The notes: a model not told the origin generated them from the sequence alone. A stretch of 60,966 nt of DNA from Candidatus Limnocylindrales bacterium (GCA_035688935.1 DASSMI010000046.1:1-60966), one strand, 5' to 3'. Positions 18,534 through 27,989 are shown, numbered from the stretch's first letter. Made by a program: numbers and translations.

Positions 18534-19495
18534 GCGACCTCCGCCGCTTCGGTGGTGGCCTGGGCCGACGTCACCTGGAGGAAGAGCTCCTCGAGATCGC
18601 TCGCCGCCCTGGCGAACGACGTGATCCGGATCCCGGCGCGGATCGCCGACGCAAGGAGGTCAGCGGCCGCGGCGTCGTCGCCGCGGAAGCCGAGCTCGAT
18701 CTGCCCGTCGTCCAGGATCGTCGCCGAGGCCACCCGCAAATCGGCGGCGAAGTGCATCCGGGCCTCCTCGTGGTCCTGACCGGCCAGGACGCGGACCCGG
18801 AGAACTGCCCCGAATCGGAGCCGGCGCTCGATCTCGGTCACCCGGCCGTGAGCGAGCACCTGGCCGTGGTCGACGATCGCGACGGCGGTGCACAGCTCCT
18901 CGAGCTCCGGAAGGATGTGGCTGCTGATGACGATCGTCTTGCCGAGGGAGCGCAGCTCGCGGAGCAGCTCGCGGAGCTCCACCCGCGCTCGGGGGTCCAA
19001 TCCGGATGCCGGCTCGTCGAGGAGCAGGACCTGCGGGTCGTGGACGAGGGTGTGGGCGAGGCACAGCCGCTGCTGCATGCCGCGCGAGAGGCCCTGGACG
19101 TAGCTGTCGCGCTTGTCGCCCAGGTCGACGAGGTCGAGGAGGTCGCCGATCATCCGACGTCGCTTCGCGGCAGGGATCCCGTAGCACCGGGCGAAGAAGT
19201 CGAGGTACTCCCAGACCTTCATGTCGTCGTACACCCCGAACACGTCCGGCATGAAGCCGAGGACGTGTCGTGCGTCGTCGGGGTTCCGGCGGACGTCGAT
19301 CCCGGCGACCTCGGCGTGGCCCGACGTGGCGGTCAGGAGGGTCGCGAGGATCCGGAGCGTCGTCGTCTTGCCGGCGCCATTCGGGCCGACGAGGCCGAAG
19401 ATCTCGCCCTCGGCCACATTCAGGTCCATCCCGGCGACCGCCAGCGTGCCCGGATAGCGCTTCACGAGGCTCCGGGTGACGACGATGTCGCTCAT
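18530..19495 (-). CDS. ABC transporter ATP-binding protein
   Basis: The real gene is the C-terminal 321 aa of track ORF 18530..21028. Start ATG 19495-19493, with an ATGA overlap. Walker A GPNGAGKTT, signature LSRGMQQRL, Walker B LLLDEP. Confidence 0.9.
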   Translation of the reverse strand: MSDIVVTRSLVKRYPGTLAVAGMDLNVAEGEIFGLVGPNGAGKTTTLRILATLLTATSGHAEVAGIDVRRNPDDARHVLGFMPDVFGVYDDMKVWEYLDFFARCYGIPAAKRRRMIGDLLDLVDLGDKRDSYVQGLSRGMQQRLCLAHTLVHDPQVLLLDEPASGLDPRARVELRELLRELRSLGKTIVISSHILPELEELCTAVAIVDHGQVLAHGRVTEIERRLRFGAVLRVRVLAGQDHEEARMHFAADLRVASATILDDGQIELGFRGDDAAAADLLASAIRAGIRITSFARAASDLEELFLQVTSAQATTEAAEVA

Positions 19496-22002
19496 CGGAC
19501 GGTCCCCTGGATCGACAGGGCGAGGTAGACACTGACGGTGTCCTGGCGCTCGTTGACGAAGCGGACGCGGACCGCGCCAGTCGCCGGATCGACGTACTTC
19601 GCGGCGTCGGCGAGATCGTAGGTGGTTCCCTGGTTGAGGTGCGGGAGACGATGCCAGTGGCCGTCGCCGGACCGATCGAACAGCTCGACCTCCGGCAGGC
19701 CATCGAACTGCTCCGGCGGACGCGGCTTCGGACACGGATCGGGTCGCTTCTTCGGATCGGCCGCGAGGCAGAGATCCGGGATCGGCGCGACCGCGGTCCC
19801 GCCGCTCCCTTGGACCGACGCGTCGGGGCAGCAGCTGAGCGCCAGGCGGACGTGGGTCGCGCTGAGCTGCCCGTCGAACGGGAGCGGCCGATACACGACC
19901 GTCGCCGTCCCCTGTCCGAAGCTCATCTGGGTCGGATCCTTGCTGAAGAAGCCCGCGTCGGACTCGGTCATCGTGGACGTGAGGAGATCGCCCGAGAACG
20001 TCACGCCGCCGCGGATCTTCATCGCGAGCGGGACGTAGTACAGGACGTTGCTCACCCGGTTGGCTGCCTGGCCCTCGACCTCGACGTCGAGGATCGCGTC
20101 GCGGCCCCAGGCGAGCAGGACCGGTCCCTGGCTCGACAGCTTGCCGGAGTTGCCGAACTGCGGGTCGTACGTCAGCTGGTTGATCACGTAGCTCCGCGTC
20201 TGGTCCCGCCGGGCGCTCTCGGTCGTCGTTCCACTGTTGCCGAAGACCAGCTGGCCGAAGATCCGGTCGGCGAGCGGTTGGCCGAACATCGCCTGGTTGA
20301 TGAGAACCATGCGCACGTCGACCTGCCCGCCGGGAGCCAGGTCGTCGAGGACCTTGACGTTGCTGCCGAGCACGATCGCGGGCTTCTCGAGCTTGACCGT
20401 CGATTCGTTCCGTACGGTGCCGGTCAGCGTGCCGTCGACGAGCGCGAGGTCCGCGTGGACCTTCGGGACCGTCGCCTGGGATTCGGCACGGATGGTCCGG
20501 AGCGAGCCGAACCCGACGGCAAGGTTCCGGACGCGCGACGCCCCAGGCGGCTCGGCCTGGAGGATGTCCAGGCTCGCGCCCGTTCCGCCGAAGACGTCGC
20601 CGGAGATCGGCGACGAGAGCAGCGCGCCGCCCGGGACGGCGACCTGGTACGTCCCGCGACTCGGCGAGAACACGCCGAGATAGACCTGCGCGCTGCCTTC
20701 GACGGCGTCCGGCGCTCCGCGAACGATCCCGACCTCGTTGACGATGATGCTGCTGCCGCGGAGCGCCGAGCCGAAGGCATAGGCGCCGAACGCGAATGCG
20801 ACGATCAGGACCGGCATCGTCACCCAGGCCCACTCCCGGCGATCGAGCCGGCGGAGGATGAGGTAGTTGATCGGGCCGATCAGGGCGATGTACCCGAAGA
20901 GGAGCAACAGGAGTCCGCGGAGCGGCGGCAGGGCGAGCGACGGAAGGTTGCCGACCGCGCTGACGATCTGGCTGTCGTCGCTGATTCCGACGCTCCCCTC
21001 CGAGCGCGGCGGGATCAGACTCGGCCACAGCGACCGGATCGCCGTCGACTCGGCGATCCAGCCGACAGTCGGGTCGACGCCCAGGATCGTGACGCTGCCC
21101 GCGCCATACGCCGACTGCGCTGCGATCACCCGGTCGGCGCTCATCGCGAGGACGCGGCCGCGGGTGAGCTCACCGGCCATCGCCGGGACGTCCTTCGCTC
21201 CCTGGGGAGCGGTTCCGATCAGCGTCGCGAGCGAATCGGGTGCGACATCGATCGTCGACGTCGGTCGATAGGGGAGGAGATCGTCCGGAAAGCCCGCCAC
21301 GGTCCCGATCCCGCCGCTCCCTCCGACGATCACGAGCCGTCCTCCCAGGGCCAGCCAGCCGCGCATCGCGTCGAGCTGCTCGTCGCGGAGCTCGGACGCG
21401 TCGACGTCCTGCCAGATCAGGCGGTCCATCGCCGACCAGGCCTCGATCCGTGTCGGCAGGTCGGCGACGGTCAGCGGGACGACGACGGTGGCCGCCTGGT
21501 TCTGAGCCGCCGGAAGATTCAGCGACCCGACGATCCGCGGCGGGTTCTCGGCGATCACGCCGACGACGAGCTGGCCGGGATCGTGGATCGTGACGGGGAC
21601 CTTCTGGCGCAGGACGACCTGCCCATCGCTGACGAGCTGGACCTCGAGCTGCTGCCCGAACGAGGGTGGCTGGGCGTGGAGGATCCAGGTCTTGTCCGAC
21701 GGGCTGTCGAGTTGAACCGCGGTGGAGTAGCGGGTGCCGCCCTGACTGCCGCCCTGGAGCCGGAGCTCGCCACTGACCGAGGGACCGTTGTTGACGAGAT
21801 GGACCTCGATCGCGATCCACGATCCCAGCCGCGCGTGACCCTGGAGGAGGACGCGCGCGGTCATCGTGGGTGCGTCCGCCGCCGCGACGGGAAGTGCCGC
21901 CGGTCCCAGGATCGCGACCGCGATGGCGGCGATCGCCGCGACGACGGCGAGTCTTCGAGGACCGGACGAACGAACCGGGGCGTCGGGAGCGTGACGGATC
22001 AC
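19492..22002 (-). CDS. 836-aa membrane protein: signal peptide, extracytoplasmic N-domain, 2 TM helices, large C-domain (GldG/ABC-auxiliary-like by position, family not confirmed)
   Basis: Signal peptide (LAVVAAIAAIAVAILGPAALPVAAADA). Segment LIWQDVDASELRDEQLDAMRGWLALGGRLVIVGG. TM pair at about aa 385-430. Cys/Pro-rich stretch near the C-terminus. First gene of the operon. Confidence 0.65.
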   Translation of the reverse strand: MIRHAPDAPVRSSGPRRLAVVAAIAAIAVAILGPAALPVAAADAPTMTARVLLQGHARLGSWIAIEVHLVNNGPSVSGELRLQGGSQGGTRYSTAVQLDSPSDKTWILHAQPPSFGQQLEVQLVSDGQVVLRQKVPVTIHDPGQLVVGVIAENPPRIVGSLNLPAAQNQAATVVVPLTVADLPTRIEAWSAMDRLIWQDVDASELRDEQLDAMRGWLALGGRLVIVGGSGGIGTVAGFPDDLLPYRPTSTIDVAPDSLATLIGTAPQGAKDVPAMAGELTRGRVLAMSADRVIAAQSAYGAGSVTILGVDPTVGWIAESTAIRSLWPSLIPPRSEGSVGISDDSQIVSAVGNLPSLALPPLRGLLLLLFGYIALIGPINYLILRRLDRREWAWVTMPVLIVAFAFGAYAFGSALRGSSIIVNEVGIVRGAPDAVEGSAQVYLGVFSPSRGTYQVAVPGGALLSSPISGDVFGGTGASLDILQAEPPGASRVRNLAVGFGSLRTIRAESQATVPKVHADLALVDGTLTGTVRNESTVKLEKPAIVLGSNVKVLDDLAPGGQVDVRMVLINQAMFGQPLADRIFGQLVFGNSGTTTESARRDQTRSYVINQLTYDPQFGNSGKLSSQGPVLLAWGRDAILDVEVEGQAANRVSNVLYYVPLAMKIRGGVTFSGDLLTSTMTESDAGFFSKDPTQMSFGQGTATVVYRPLPFDGQLSATHVRLALSCCPDASVQGSGGTAVAPIPDLCLAADPKKRPDPCPKPRPPEQFDGLPEVELFDRSGDGHWHRLPHLNQGTTYDLADAAKYVDPATGAVRVRFVNERQDTVSVYLALSIQGTVR

Positions 22003-22222
22003 GGGCGCTCCTGGTCTGGGGCTGGAATTGGTCGCAGCATCGACGCCCCGCTCCCCCCAAAAGTTGCGCCATGCGCGCCAGCCCCGGCGCCGGCTCCGCG
22101 GACCGGAGGTTCCGGCCGCGCACGAGGCGCGGCTATCGTACGATGGCCGTCGAGGGCCGCCGGTGGCGACACTCCTCGAGCGCCCGCGCCCGTCACCTGA
22201 TCGTTGCCCTCCCGAGGATGTC

Positions 22223-23539
22223 GTGCCCCTGATCCGACCGTTCCGTGCCCTCCGCTTCGACGCCGACGTCGTCGGAGACCTCGGCTCGGTCGTCGCACCT
22301 CCATACGACGTTCTCTCCGAACACGATCAACGACGCCTCGTCGCACGGCATCCGAAGAACGTCGTCCAGCTCGACGCGCCGTTGACCGAGCCGGGCGACG
22401 CCGACGACGATCGCTACCGGCGAGCGGCTCGGACGCTCGCGGCGTGGCGGTCCGACGGAACCCTCCACAAGGACCCACGCTCGGCGATCTACGTCCAGGA
22501 GCAGACGTATCGCGTCCCGGGGTCCGGGGTGGAGCGCACCCAGCGCGGATTCTTCGCGCGATTGCGCCTCGAGCCGCTCGACGCATCGGCCGGCGTTCGT
22601 GCCCATGAGCGGACGCTCGCGTCCGCGCGCGAGGATCGCTACCGGCTCCTCCGGGCGACCGGCGTGAACACGAGCCCGGTCGTCGGTCTGTACGACGATC
22701 CGAGCGGACGCGCCGGAGCGATCCTCGCCCAGCTCGGGACGGGCGCGCCCGCGATCGACGTCGAGGACGACGACGGGGGCCGACATCGGCTCTGGGTCGT
22801 GGAGGCCGACGGGCCGTCGGCCGATCTCGTGCGCGAGCTGCTCGACATCGCCTCGTCGACGCCGGTGACGATCGCCGACGGCCACCACCGCTACGAGACG
22901 GCCCTCCGCTACCGAGACGAACGCCGGATGAGCCGCTCCTGCGAGGAGGACCCCGCGTTCGACTATCTGCTCATGCTGTTCCTCGCGGCCGACGAGCCGC
23001 TGACAGTCCTGCCGACCCATCGGCTCGTGGCCGGCTTGGGCGACGACGGCGTGGACGCGCTCTGGGCTGGACTTCCCGACCTCTTCCAGGTCGAGCCCGC
23101 TGCGCGTGATGAGCTCGTCGCGGCGTTCGAGGGCTCCACGGCCCGCGGCGGCGACGGTCGGTTCGGCGTGTGGACGCGCGGCCGCGGCGCGCGGCTCACG
23201 GCTCGTCGCACGGCGTTCGAGGCTCTGCTCGGGTCGGGTGGCCCGGCCGCCCGACGGTTGGACGTCGTCGTCCTCGGCGCGGCCCTCGGCCGGCTCGCGG
23301 GCATCGAGCCGGAGGCCGTCGCGACCTCGGACCGGATCCGGTTCACGAAGTCCGCCGTCGACGCGGTTGCGGCCGTCGACCGGCAGCGCGACGGGATCGA
23401 CGCGGCATTCCTGCTCGAGCCGACGCCGGTTGCCTCGATCGCGGCCGTTGCCGGCGAGGGCGACGTCATGCCCCAGAAATCGACCTACTTCTACCCGAAG
23501 GCCCTGACGGGCCTCGTGATCAACCCCCACGAGTGGTGA
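22223..23539 (+). CDS. DUF1015 domain protein
   Basis: N-terminal motif (M)PLIRPFRALRFD. I moved the start to GTG 22223, which follows GAGGA at 22213-22217. Confidence 0.8.
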   Translation: MPLIRPFRALRFDADVVGDLGSVVAPPYDVLSEHDQRRLVARHPKNVVQLDAPLTEPGDADDDRYRRAARTLAAWRSDGTLHKDPRSAIYVQEQTYRVPGSGVERTQRGFFARLRLEPLDASAGVRAHERTLASAREDRYRLLRATGVNTSPVVGLYDDPSGRAGAILAQLGTGAPAIDVEDDDGGRHRLWVVEADGPSADLVRELLDIASSTPVTIADGHHRYETALRYRDERRMSRSCEEDPAFDYLLMLFLAADEPLTVLPTHRLVAGLGDDGVDALWAGLPDLFQVEPAARDELVAAFEGSTARGGDGRFGVWTRGRGARLTARRTAFEALLGSGGPAARRLDVVVLGAALGRLAGIEPEAVATSDRIRFTKSAVDAVAAVDRQRDGIDAAFLLEPTPVASIAAVAGEGDVMPQKSTYFYPKALTGLVINPHEW

Positions 23540-23549
23540 CCGAACTCCG

Positions 23550-24428
23550 ATGACCGAGACGACCCCCGATCAGATCCTCGCCAGGGCCCAGGTTCCGGCC
23601 GCCAACGGGCGGCCGATCCGGAAGGACGAGATCGAGCTGCACGATCGCGGCGTGTACATCGAGTCATGGCTTCCCGAGCGACGGTCGCGGCGGAAGCCGC
23701 TCCTCTTCGTCCATGGCGAGCTCGCGGGGTCGTGGGTCTGGGAGCGCGACCTCGGCTACTTCGCGTCGCGGGGCTGGGAGGGCCACGCGATCAATCTGCA
23801 GAACCACTTCTGGTCACGGACGAGCGACCCCACCGAGCTCGCGTTCGAGACGTACGTCGGAGACGTCGTCGCGGCGCTCAACCGTCTCGGGCCGTCGACG
23901 GTCGTGATCGGCCACGGCATGGGCGGGCTGCTGGCGCTGAAAGCCGCCGAGCAGGCTCCGATCGGCGGGATCGTCCTCCTCTCCCCGGAGCCGCCGGCGG
24001 GCGTCCGACCGCCGGCTGAGCCGCACGAGCTCCGAGAGGTGCCCGACGTGTACGGGCGATCGCAGGTGGGCTGGGCGATCCTGCCGGAGAAGCTCCAGCG
24101 GGACCACCGCGACCTGACGATCGCCGACGTGCTCCGGATCCAGCACCTGCTCGGCCAGAAGCCGCACGAGAGCGGCCGAGCGCGACGCGCCGTGATCGCC
24201 GGGATCGACGTCGATCCGCGGCCGTTCGCGGAGATCCCGCGATTGGTCATCGGCGCCGGTCTCGATCGGACGGTCCCGGAGCCGCTCGCCGAACGCGTCG
24301 CCGAGTGGCTCGGAGCGGACTACGAGCCGTTCGGCGCGCATTCGCACTACGGCCTGATCGTGGGCGAGCACAGTCACCAGCAAGTCGCCGAGGCGATCCG
24401 CGGCTTCCTCGAGGTGAACCGGCTCTAG
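23550..24428 (+). CDS. alpha/beta-hydrolase fold protein with a Gly in place of the nucleophile Ser
   Basis: LLFVHGELAGSWVW (oxyanion region). Nucleophile elbow reads VIGHGMGGLLAL rather than GHSMGG. Candidate Asp (GAGLDRTVP) and His (GAHSHYG) are retained. Confidence 0.75.
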   Translation: MTETTPDQILARAQVPAANGRPIRKDEIELHDRGVYIESWLPERRSRRKPLLFVHGELAGSWVWERDLGYFASRGWEGHAINLQNHFWSRTSDPTELAFETYVGDVVAALNRLGPSTVVIGHGMGGLLALKAAEQAPIGGIVLLSPEPPAGVRPPAEPHELREVPDVYGRSQVGWAILPEKLQRDHRDLTIADVLRIQHLLGQKPHESGRARRAVIAGIDVDPRPFAEIPRLVIGAGLDRTVPEPLAERVAEWLGADYEPFGAHSHYGLIVGEHSHQQVAEAIRGFLEVNRL

Positions 24429-24522
24429 CTCGATCGTCGCCGACCCGGGATGGCGACGATCCGGCTCGGTTGGTATCATCCCGGTCCGGTCGCGACCGAT
24501 GGCGCGTCGCGAGCCGTCCGGC

Positions 24523-24599
24523 GCCGCATTCGTCTAGAGGCCCAGGACACCGCCCTCTCAAGGCGGAGATCACCGGTTCGAATCCGGTATGCGGTACCA
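24523..24599 (+). tRNA. tRNA-Glu (anticodon CUC), CCA encoded
   Basis: Cloverleaf folded by hand. Acceptor GCCGCAT/ATGCGGT (G1-U72 wobble). D arm GTCTAGAGGCCCAGGAC. Anticodon stem CCGCC/GGCGG with loop CTCTCAA. T arm ACCGG-TTCGAAT-CCGGT. Ends A-CCA. Confidence 0.9.
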
Positions 24600-24652
24600 G
24601 CCCCTCGTTCGTCGTCCGTGTCCGCGCGTGCCCGCGGCCCACCGGCCAGCGG

Positions 24653-25057
24653 CTAGCGGCGGGGCGGCCAGAAGAGCGGCTGGTCCTTCTCGTACACCGT
24701 CACGCGGTAGCCATCGGGGTCGGTCATCGTGAACGTCCGGCCGAACGGGCCGTCGAATGGCTCCGTGACGATCGGGATGCCGTCGGCCGCGACGCGCTCG
24801 TAGAGGGCCTCCGCGTTCGCCGCCCGCCACCAGAGCTGGATCGTCGTCGTCGCAGGTGACGGTTCCGGGGCCCCGGGCGGGCGAACCGAGGACACGGCGA
24901 ATGTCGGCCAGCCGACGAAGGCGATGGCGCCGGCCCCGAAGTCGAACGGGTCGCGCACGGCGTTGAGGTACGTCTCGTAGAACTGCGCGGACCGCTCGGC
25001 ATCGGTCACCGCGATCGAGATGAATCCGGGGCTCGGCGTGACGCCAGGATCGGTCAT
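24653..25057 (-). CDS. VOC (glyoxalase/bleomycin-resistance) family protein
   Basis: The real gene is the C-terminal 134 aa of track ORF 24653..27424. Start ATG 25057-25055, preceded by GGAGGA. The sequence FISIAVTDAERSAQFY...FTMTDPDGYRVTVYE is VOC-like. Confidence 0.75.
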   Translation of the reverse strand: MTDPGVTPSPGFISIAVTDAERSAQFYETYLNAVRDPFDFGAGAIAFVGWPTFAVSSVRPPGAPEPSPATTTIQLWWRAANAEALYERVAADGIPIVTEPFDGPFGRTFTMTDPDGYRVTVYEKDQPLFWPPRR

Positions 25058-25111
25058 CGGGTCCTCCGTTCCGGGGCTCGTGCGCCGCGGTCCCTTCCGT
25101 ACACTCGCACG

Positions 25112-26221
25112 ATGACCTCCAACGTGCTGGATCCGCCCGGCCGGCGCCGCCTCGTCATCCTCGCAGAGGGCAATTTCGGCTTCCACCACGGGAAGACCGC
25201 CGTGGGCGTGATTCGATACGGACCCGACGACACCGTCGCGGTCATCGACTCCACGAAGGCCGGCACGAACGTCTCGGCGATCATGCCGGGGCACGACATC
25301 CCGATCGTCGCGACGCTCGACGAGGCGCTTGCGATCGATCCGGCGCGTCGGCCCGACACGCTGCTGATCGGCATCGCGCCGACCGGCGGGAAGCTGCCGG
25401 CGAGCTGGCGCACGACGATCCTCGGTGCGATCCAGGCGGGCCTGGACGTCCACTCGGGCCTGCACACGTTCCTCGGCGACGACCCGGAGCTCGCCGCCGC
25501 CGCGGCCGCCGCTGGCACCCGGATCGTCGACTATCGCCGGCCGCCGGAGCGCTTCGAGACGTCGGTCGGCCGGCGCCACGATCCGGGCAAGCGCGTGATC
25601 CTCACGATCGGGACGGACTGCGCGATCGGCAAGATGTCGGTCGCGCTCGAGCTGCGCCGAGCGGCCGTCGCTGCGGGGCGGTCGGCGTCGTTCGTGCCCA
25701 CGGGCCAGACTGGGATGATGGTCGAGGGTTGGGGCGTCGCCGTCGACCGGCTGATCAGCGACTTCGCCCAGGGCACCGTCGAATGGATGGTCGAGGAGGG
25801 CGAGCGCCGCGGCGATTGGGTCATCGTCGAGGGCCAGGGCTCGATCGATCACCCGGCGTACTCGGCGGTGACGCTGGCGCTCATCCACGGAGCGACGCCG
25901 CACGCGATGGTCCTCGTCCACAAGGCCGGCCAGACCGAGCACGACTTCGACCATCTGCCTGGCATCTCGTTCCCGATCGCCGAGCTCAAACCGTTCATCG
26001 AGCTGCACGAGCGGATCGCCGGCCTCATCGCCCCATCGAAGGTCGTCGCGATCGCGCTCAACACCTGGTCGATCGCGTCCGACGACGACGCTCGGGCCGA
26101 GATCGCGCGCCTCGCCGCGGAGACCGGCCTTCCCGTCGGCGACCCCGTCCGGTTCGGTGCCGGACCACTCTGGGCGACGATCGAGAGCGCCGTCGAGGCG
26201 CTCCCGTGGGTGGCGAGCTGA
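25112..26221 (+). CDS. DUF1611 family protein (DgcN-like)
   Basis: N-terminus LVILAEGNFGFHHGKTAVGVIRYG is typical of DUF1611. Immediately followed by an enolase-superfamily epimerase gene. Confidence 0.8.
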   Translation: MTSNVLDPPGRRRLVILAEGNFGFHHGKTAVGVIRYGPDDTVAVIDSTKAGTNVSAIMPGHDIPIVATLDEALAIDPARRPDTLLIGIAPTGGKLPASWRTTILGAIQAGLDVHSGLHTFLGDDPELAAAAAAAGTRIVDYRRPPERFETSVGRRHDPGKRVILTIGTDCAIGKMSVALELRRAAVAAGRSASFVPTGQTGMMVEGWGVAVDRLISDFAQGTVEWMVEEGERRGDWVIVEGQGSIDHPAYSAVTLALIHGATPHAMVLVHKAGQTEHDFDHLPGISFPIAELKPFIELHERIAGLIAPSKVVAIALNTWSIASDDDARAEIARLAAETGLPVGDPVRFGAGPLWATIESAVEALPWVAS

Positions 26222-26224
26222 CGC

Positions 26225-27286
26225 GTGGCGCTGCATCTGAGCCACGAGGTCCTCCGTCTGCCGCTCCGCGATCCGTTCCGGATCGCGCGCTCGGATCACG
26301 ACGCGGGTCTCACCGTCACGACCGCGATCGTCGAGGTGCGCGACGACCGGTTCCCCGATGTCGTCGGGATCGGCGAGGGCTATCCCGACCGCTTCTACGG
26401 CGAGACCGCCGAGACGATGGCCGTCGTCCTGCCACTGCTCGCCGCGGCCGTGGGCGACGTCGAGCCGACGGCCGCCGGTCTCGCCCAGGCGGACGCCCGG
26501 ATGGCGGCGGCGATCGCCGATCACGGCGGGGCGAAGTGTGCCCTCGACATCGCGCTCCACGATCTCGTCGGGAAGATCACCGGCCGCTCGGTGGCCGACC
26601 TCCTGGGGCTCGACGATCCGATCCCGCCGACCGACTTCACCCTCGGGCTCGATGAGCCGACGGTGGTCGCCGAACGGGCACGTCGCGCGGCGCGGTTCCC
26701 GGCCCTGAAGATCAAATGCGGGGGGCCGTCCGATCTCGCGACGCTCGAAGCCGTCCGCGCGGTGTACGGCGGGCCGCTCCGCGTCGACGCGAACACCGGC
26801 TGGCAGCCCGACGATGCCGTCGCCCTGCTGCCCGAGCTCGAACGGCTGGGCGTGGAGCTCATCGAGCAGCCGTTCCCGGCCCGCCGGCTCGATCAGCTCG
26901 CCTGGCTCCAGGAGCGCTCGAGCCTGCCGATCGTCGCCGACGAGAGCGCCGTGACCATCGCCGATCTCGACGGGCTCGTCGGCGTGGTCGCCGGCGTCAA
27001 CGTCAAGCTCGCGAAGTGCGGCGGGATCGGTCCGGCGCGGGCGATGCTCGAGCGCGCTCGGGAGCTCGGGTTCCGGCGGTTCCTCGGGTGCATGGAGGAG
27101 ACCTCGGTCGCGATCGCCGCGTCCGCGGCCGTCGCATCGCTTGCCGACTGGGTCGACCTCGACGGGTCGCTGCTTCTCGCCGAGGACCCGTTCGAGGGCC
27201 TGGAGCTGGACGACTCGTGCCGGTGGCAACTCTCCGGTCAGCCCGGCCTCGGCGTGGCTCGCCGGGCGGCGTCCCGCGTCGCCTGA
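26225..27286 (+). CDS. enolase-superfamily dipeptide epimerase / N-acyl amino acid racemase (DgcA-like)
   Basis: Motifs KIKCGG, RVDANTGW, IEQP, ADES and VKLAKCGG (metal ligands and the Lys-x-Lys / Lys catalytic pattern of the MLE subgroup). GTG start 3 nt after the upstream stop. Confidence 0.85.
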   Translation: MALHLSHEVLRLPLRDPFRIARSDHDAGLTVTTAIVEVRDDRFPDVVGIGEGYPDRFYGETAETMAVVLPLLAAAVGDVEPTAAGLAQADARMAAAIADHGGAKCALDIALHDLVGKITGRSVADLLGLDDPIPPTDFTLGLDEPTVVAERARRAARFPALKIKCGGPSDLATLEAVRAVYGGPLRVDANTGWQPDDAVALLPELERLGVELIEQPFPARRLDQLAWLQERSSLPIVADESAVTIADLDGLVGVVAGVNVKLAKCGGIGPARAMLERARELGFRRFLGCMEETSVAIAASAAVASLADWVDLDGSLLLAEDPFEGLELDDSCRWQLSGQPGLGVARRAASRVA

Positions 27287-27346
27287 ACGCCGGCTCACGC
27301 CGCCTCTAAGCGCCGGCTCACGCCGACTCCGCAGAACGTCCGTTCG

Positions 27347-27379
27347 TGTGGACAAGTTGGTGGACGACTTCGTGGACAA
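27347..27379 (+). promoter_or_regulatory. three direct GTGGAC repeats at exactly 12-bp spacing (two resemble the high-GC DnaA box TGTGGACAA)
   Basis: tGTGGACaa (27347-27355), gGTGGACga (27359-27367) and cGTGGACaa (27371-27379). Located in the 280-nt intergenic region upstream of the 27567 CDS. Confidence 0.3.
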
Positions 27380-27566
27380 ACCCCCTTCGCGGGCCGTCGC
27401 GGGCGGCATAGGATAGGGGTCCACCGCGAACCGAGGCGCTCCCCGGGAGGGACGGACCCCCGGCGGTGGGACTCAAGGGACACCGGGTTGCTGCTCGACC
27501 ATGCCCGTCGATCGGCTGCCGTTCGTCCCCGGCTGCCACGCGGAGAGACTGGAGGGTCAGCCATCG

Positions 27567-27989
27567 ATGGATCGATCGACCGCGGGCGAACGTGCGTCCG
27601 CCATCACGACCGCTGAGGGCGGGGAAGCCATCGACTTCGTTCGCTTCTGCCACCGGCGGCGGCGGGTCGGCTGGCCGGAGCTCTACGACGAGATGTGCGC
27701 CGTCGCGGGACGCGGGCTCTACCGCGGCTACGGGCCCGAGGAGCTCGCGTCGATCGGAATCGGCTTCGGGCTCTTCCAGATGCCGTCGCTCGCCGGCCTG
27801 GTCGCCCGCGTCGTCGCCGAAGACGCCGAGCGCCGTCGCCGAACCGCCGAGGCGCTCCGGGCCGGCGTCGAGGCCGGACCGGTCGGCGTCGTGGACGTGG
27901 AGCCGGCGGCGCGGCTCGACCCGGAGCCGGCCGAGACCGGCGTCCCGGACCATGGAGCGATCAGGCTGGCGGTCGCCGCCGGAGCCTGA
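27567..27989 (+). CDS. conserved-looking hypothetical protein
   Basis: The composition looks like a real protein (DFVRFCHRRRRVGWPELYDEMCAVAGRGLYRGYGPEELASIGIGFGLF). ATG 27567 follows GGAGGG (27551-27556). ATG 27501 is an alternative start. A strong terminator follows. Confidence 0.55.
   Translation: MDRSTAGERASAITTAEGGEAIDFVRFCHRRRRVGWPELYDEMCAVAGRGLYRGYGPEELASIGIGFGLFQMPSLAGLVARVVAEDAERRRRTAEALRAGVEAGPVGVVDVEPAARLDPEPAETGVPDHGAIRLAVAAGA

Noticed and set aside
27347-27379. Chromosomal replication origin (oriC), because of the DnaA-box-like 9-mers
   Set aside because: Only two or three boxes are present. There is no AT-rich unwinding element, and no dnaA, dnaN, rpmH or parAB genes nearby. 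A regulatory site is more plausible.
27440-27462. Guanidine-II (mini-ykkC)-like ACGR hairpin in the leader of the 27567 gene (GGGAGGGACGGACCCCC)
   Set aside because: Only one hairpin is present where the motif needs two. The loop would be 5 nt (ACGGA), not the ACGR tetraloop. The downstream gene is not a guanidine transporter or carboxylase.
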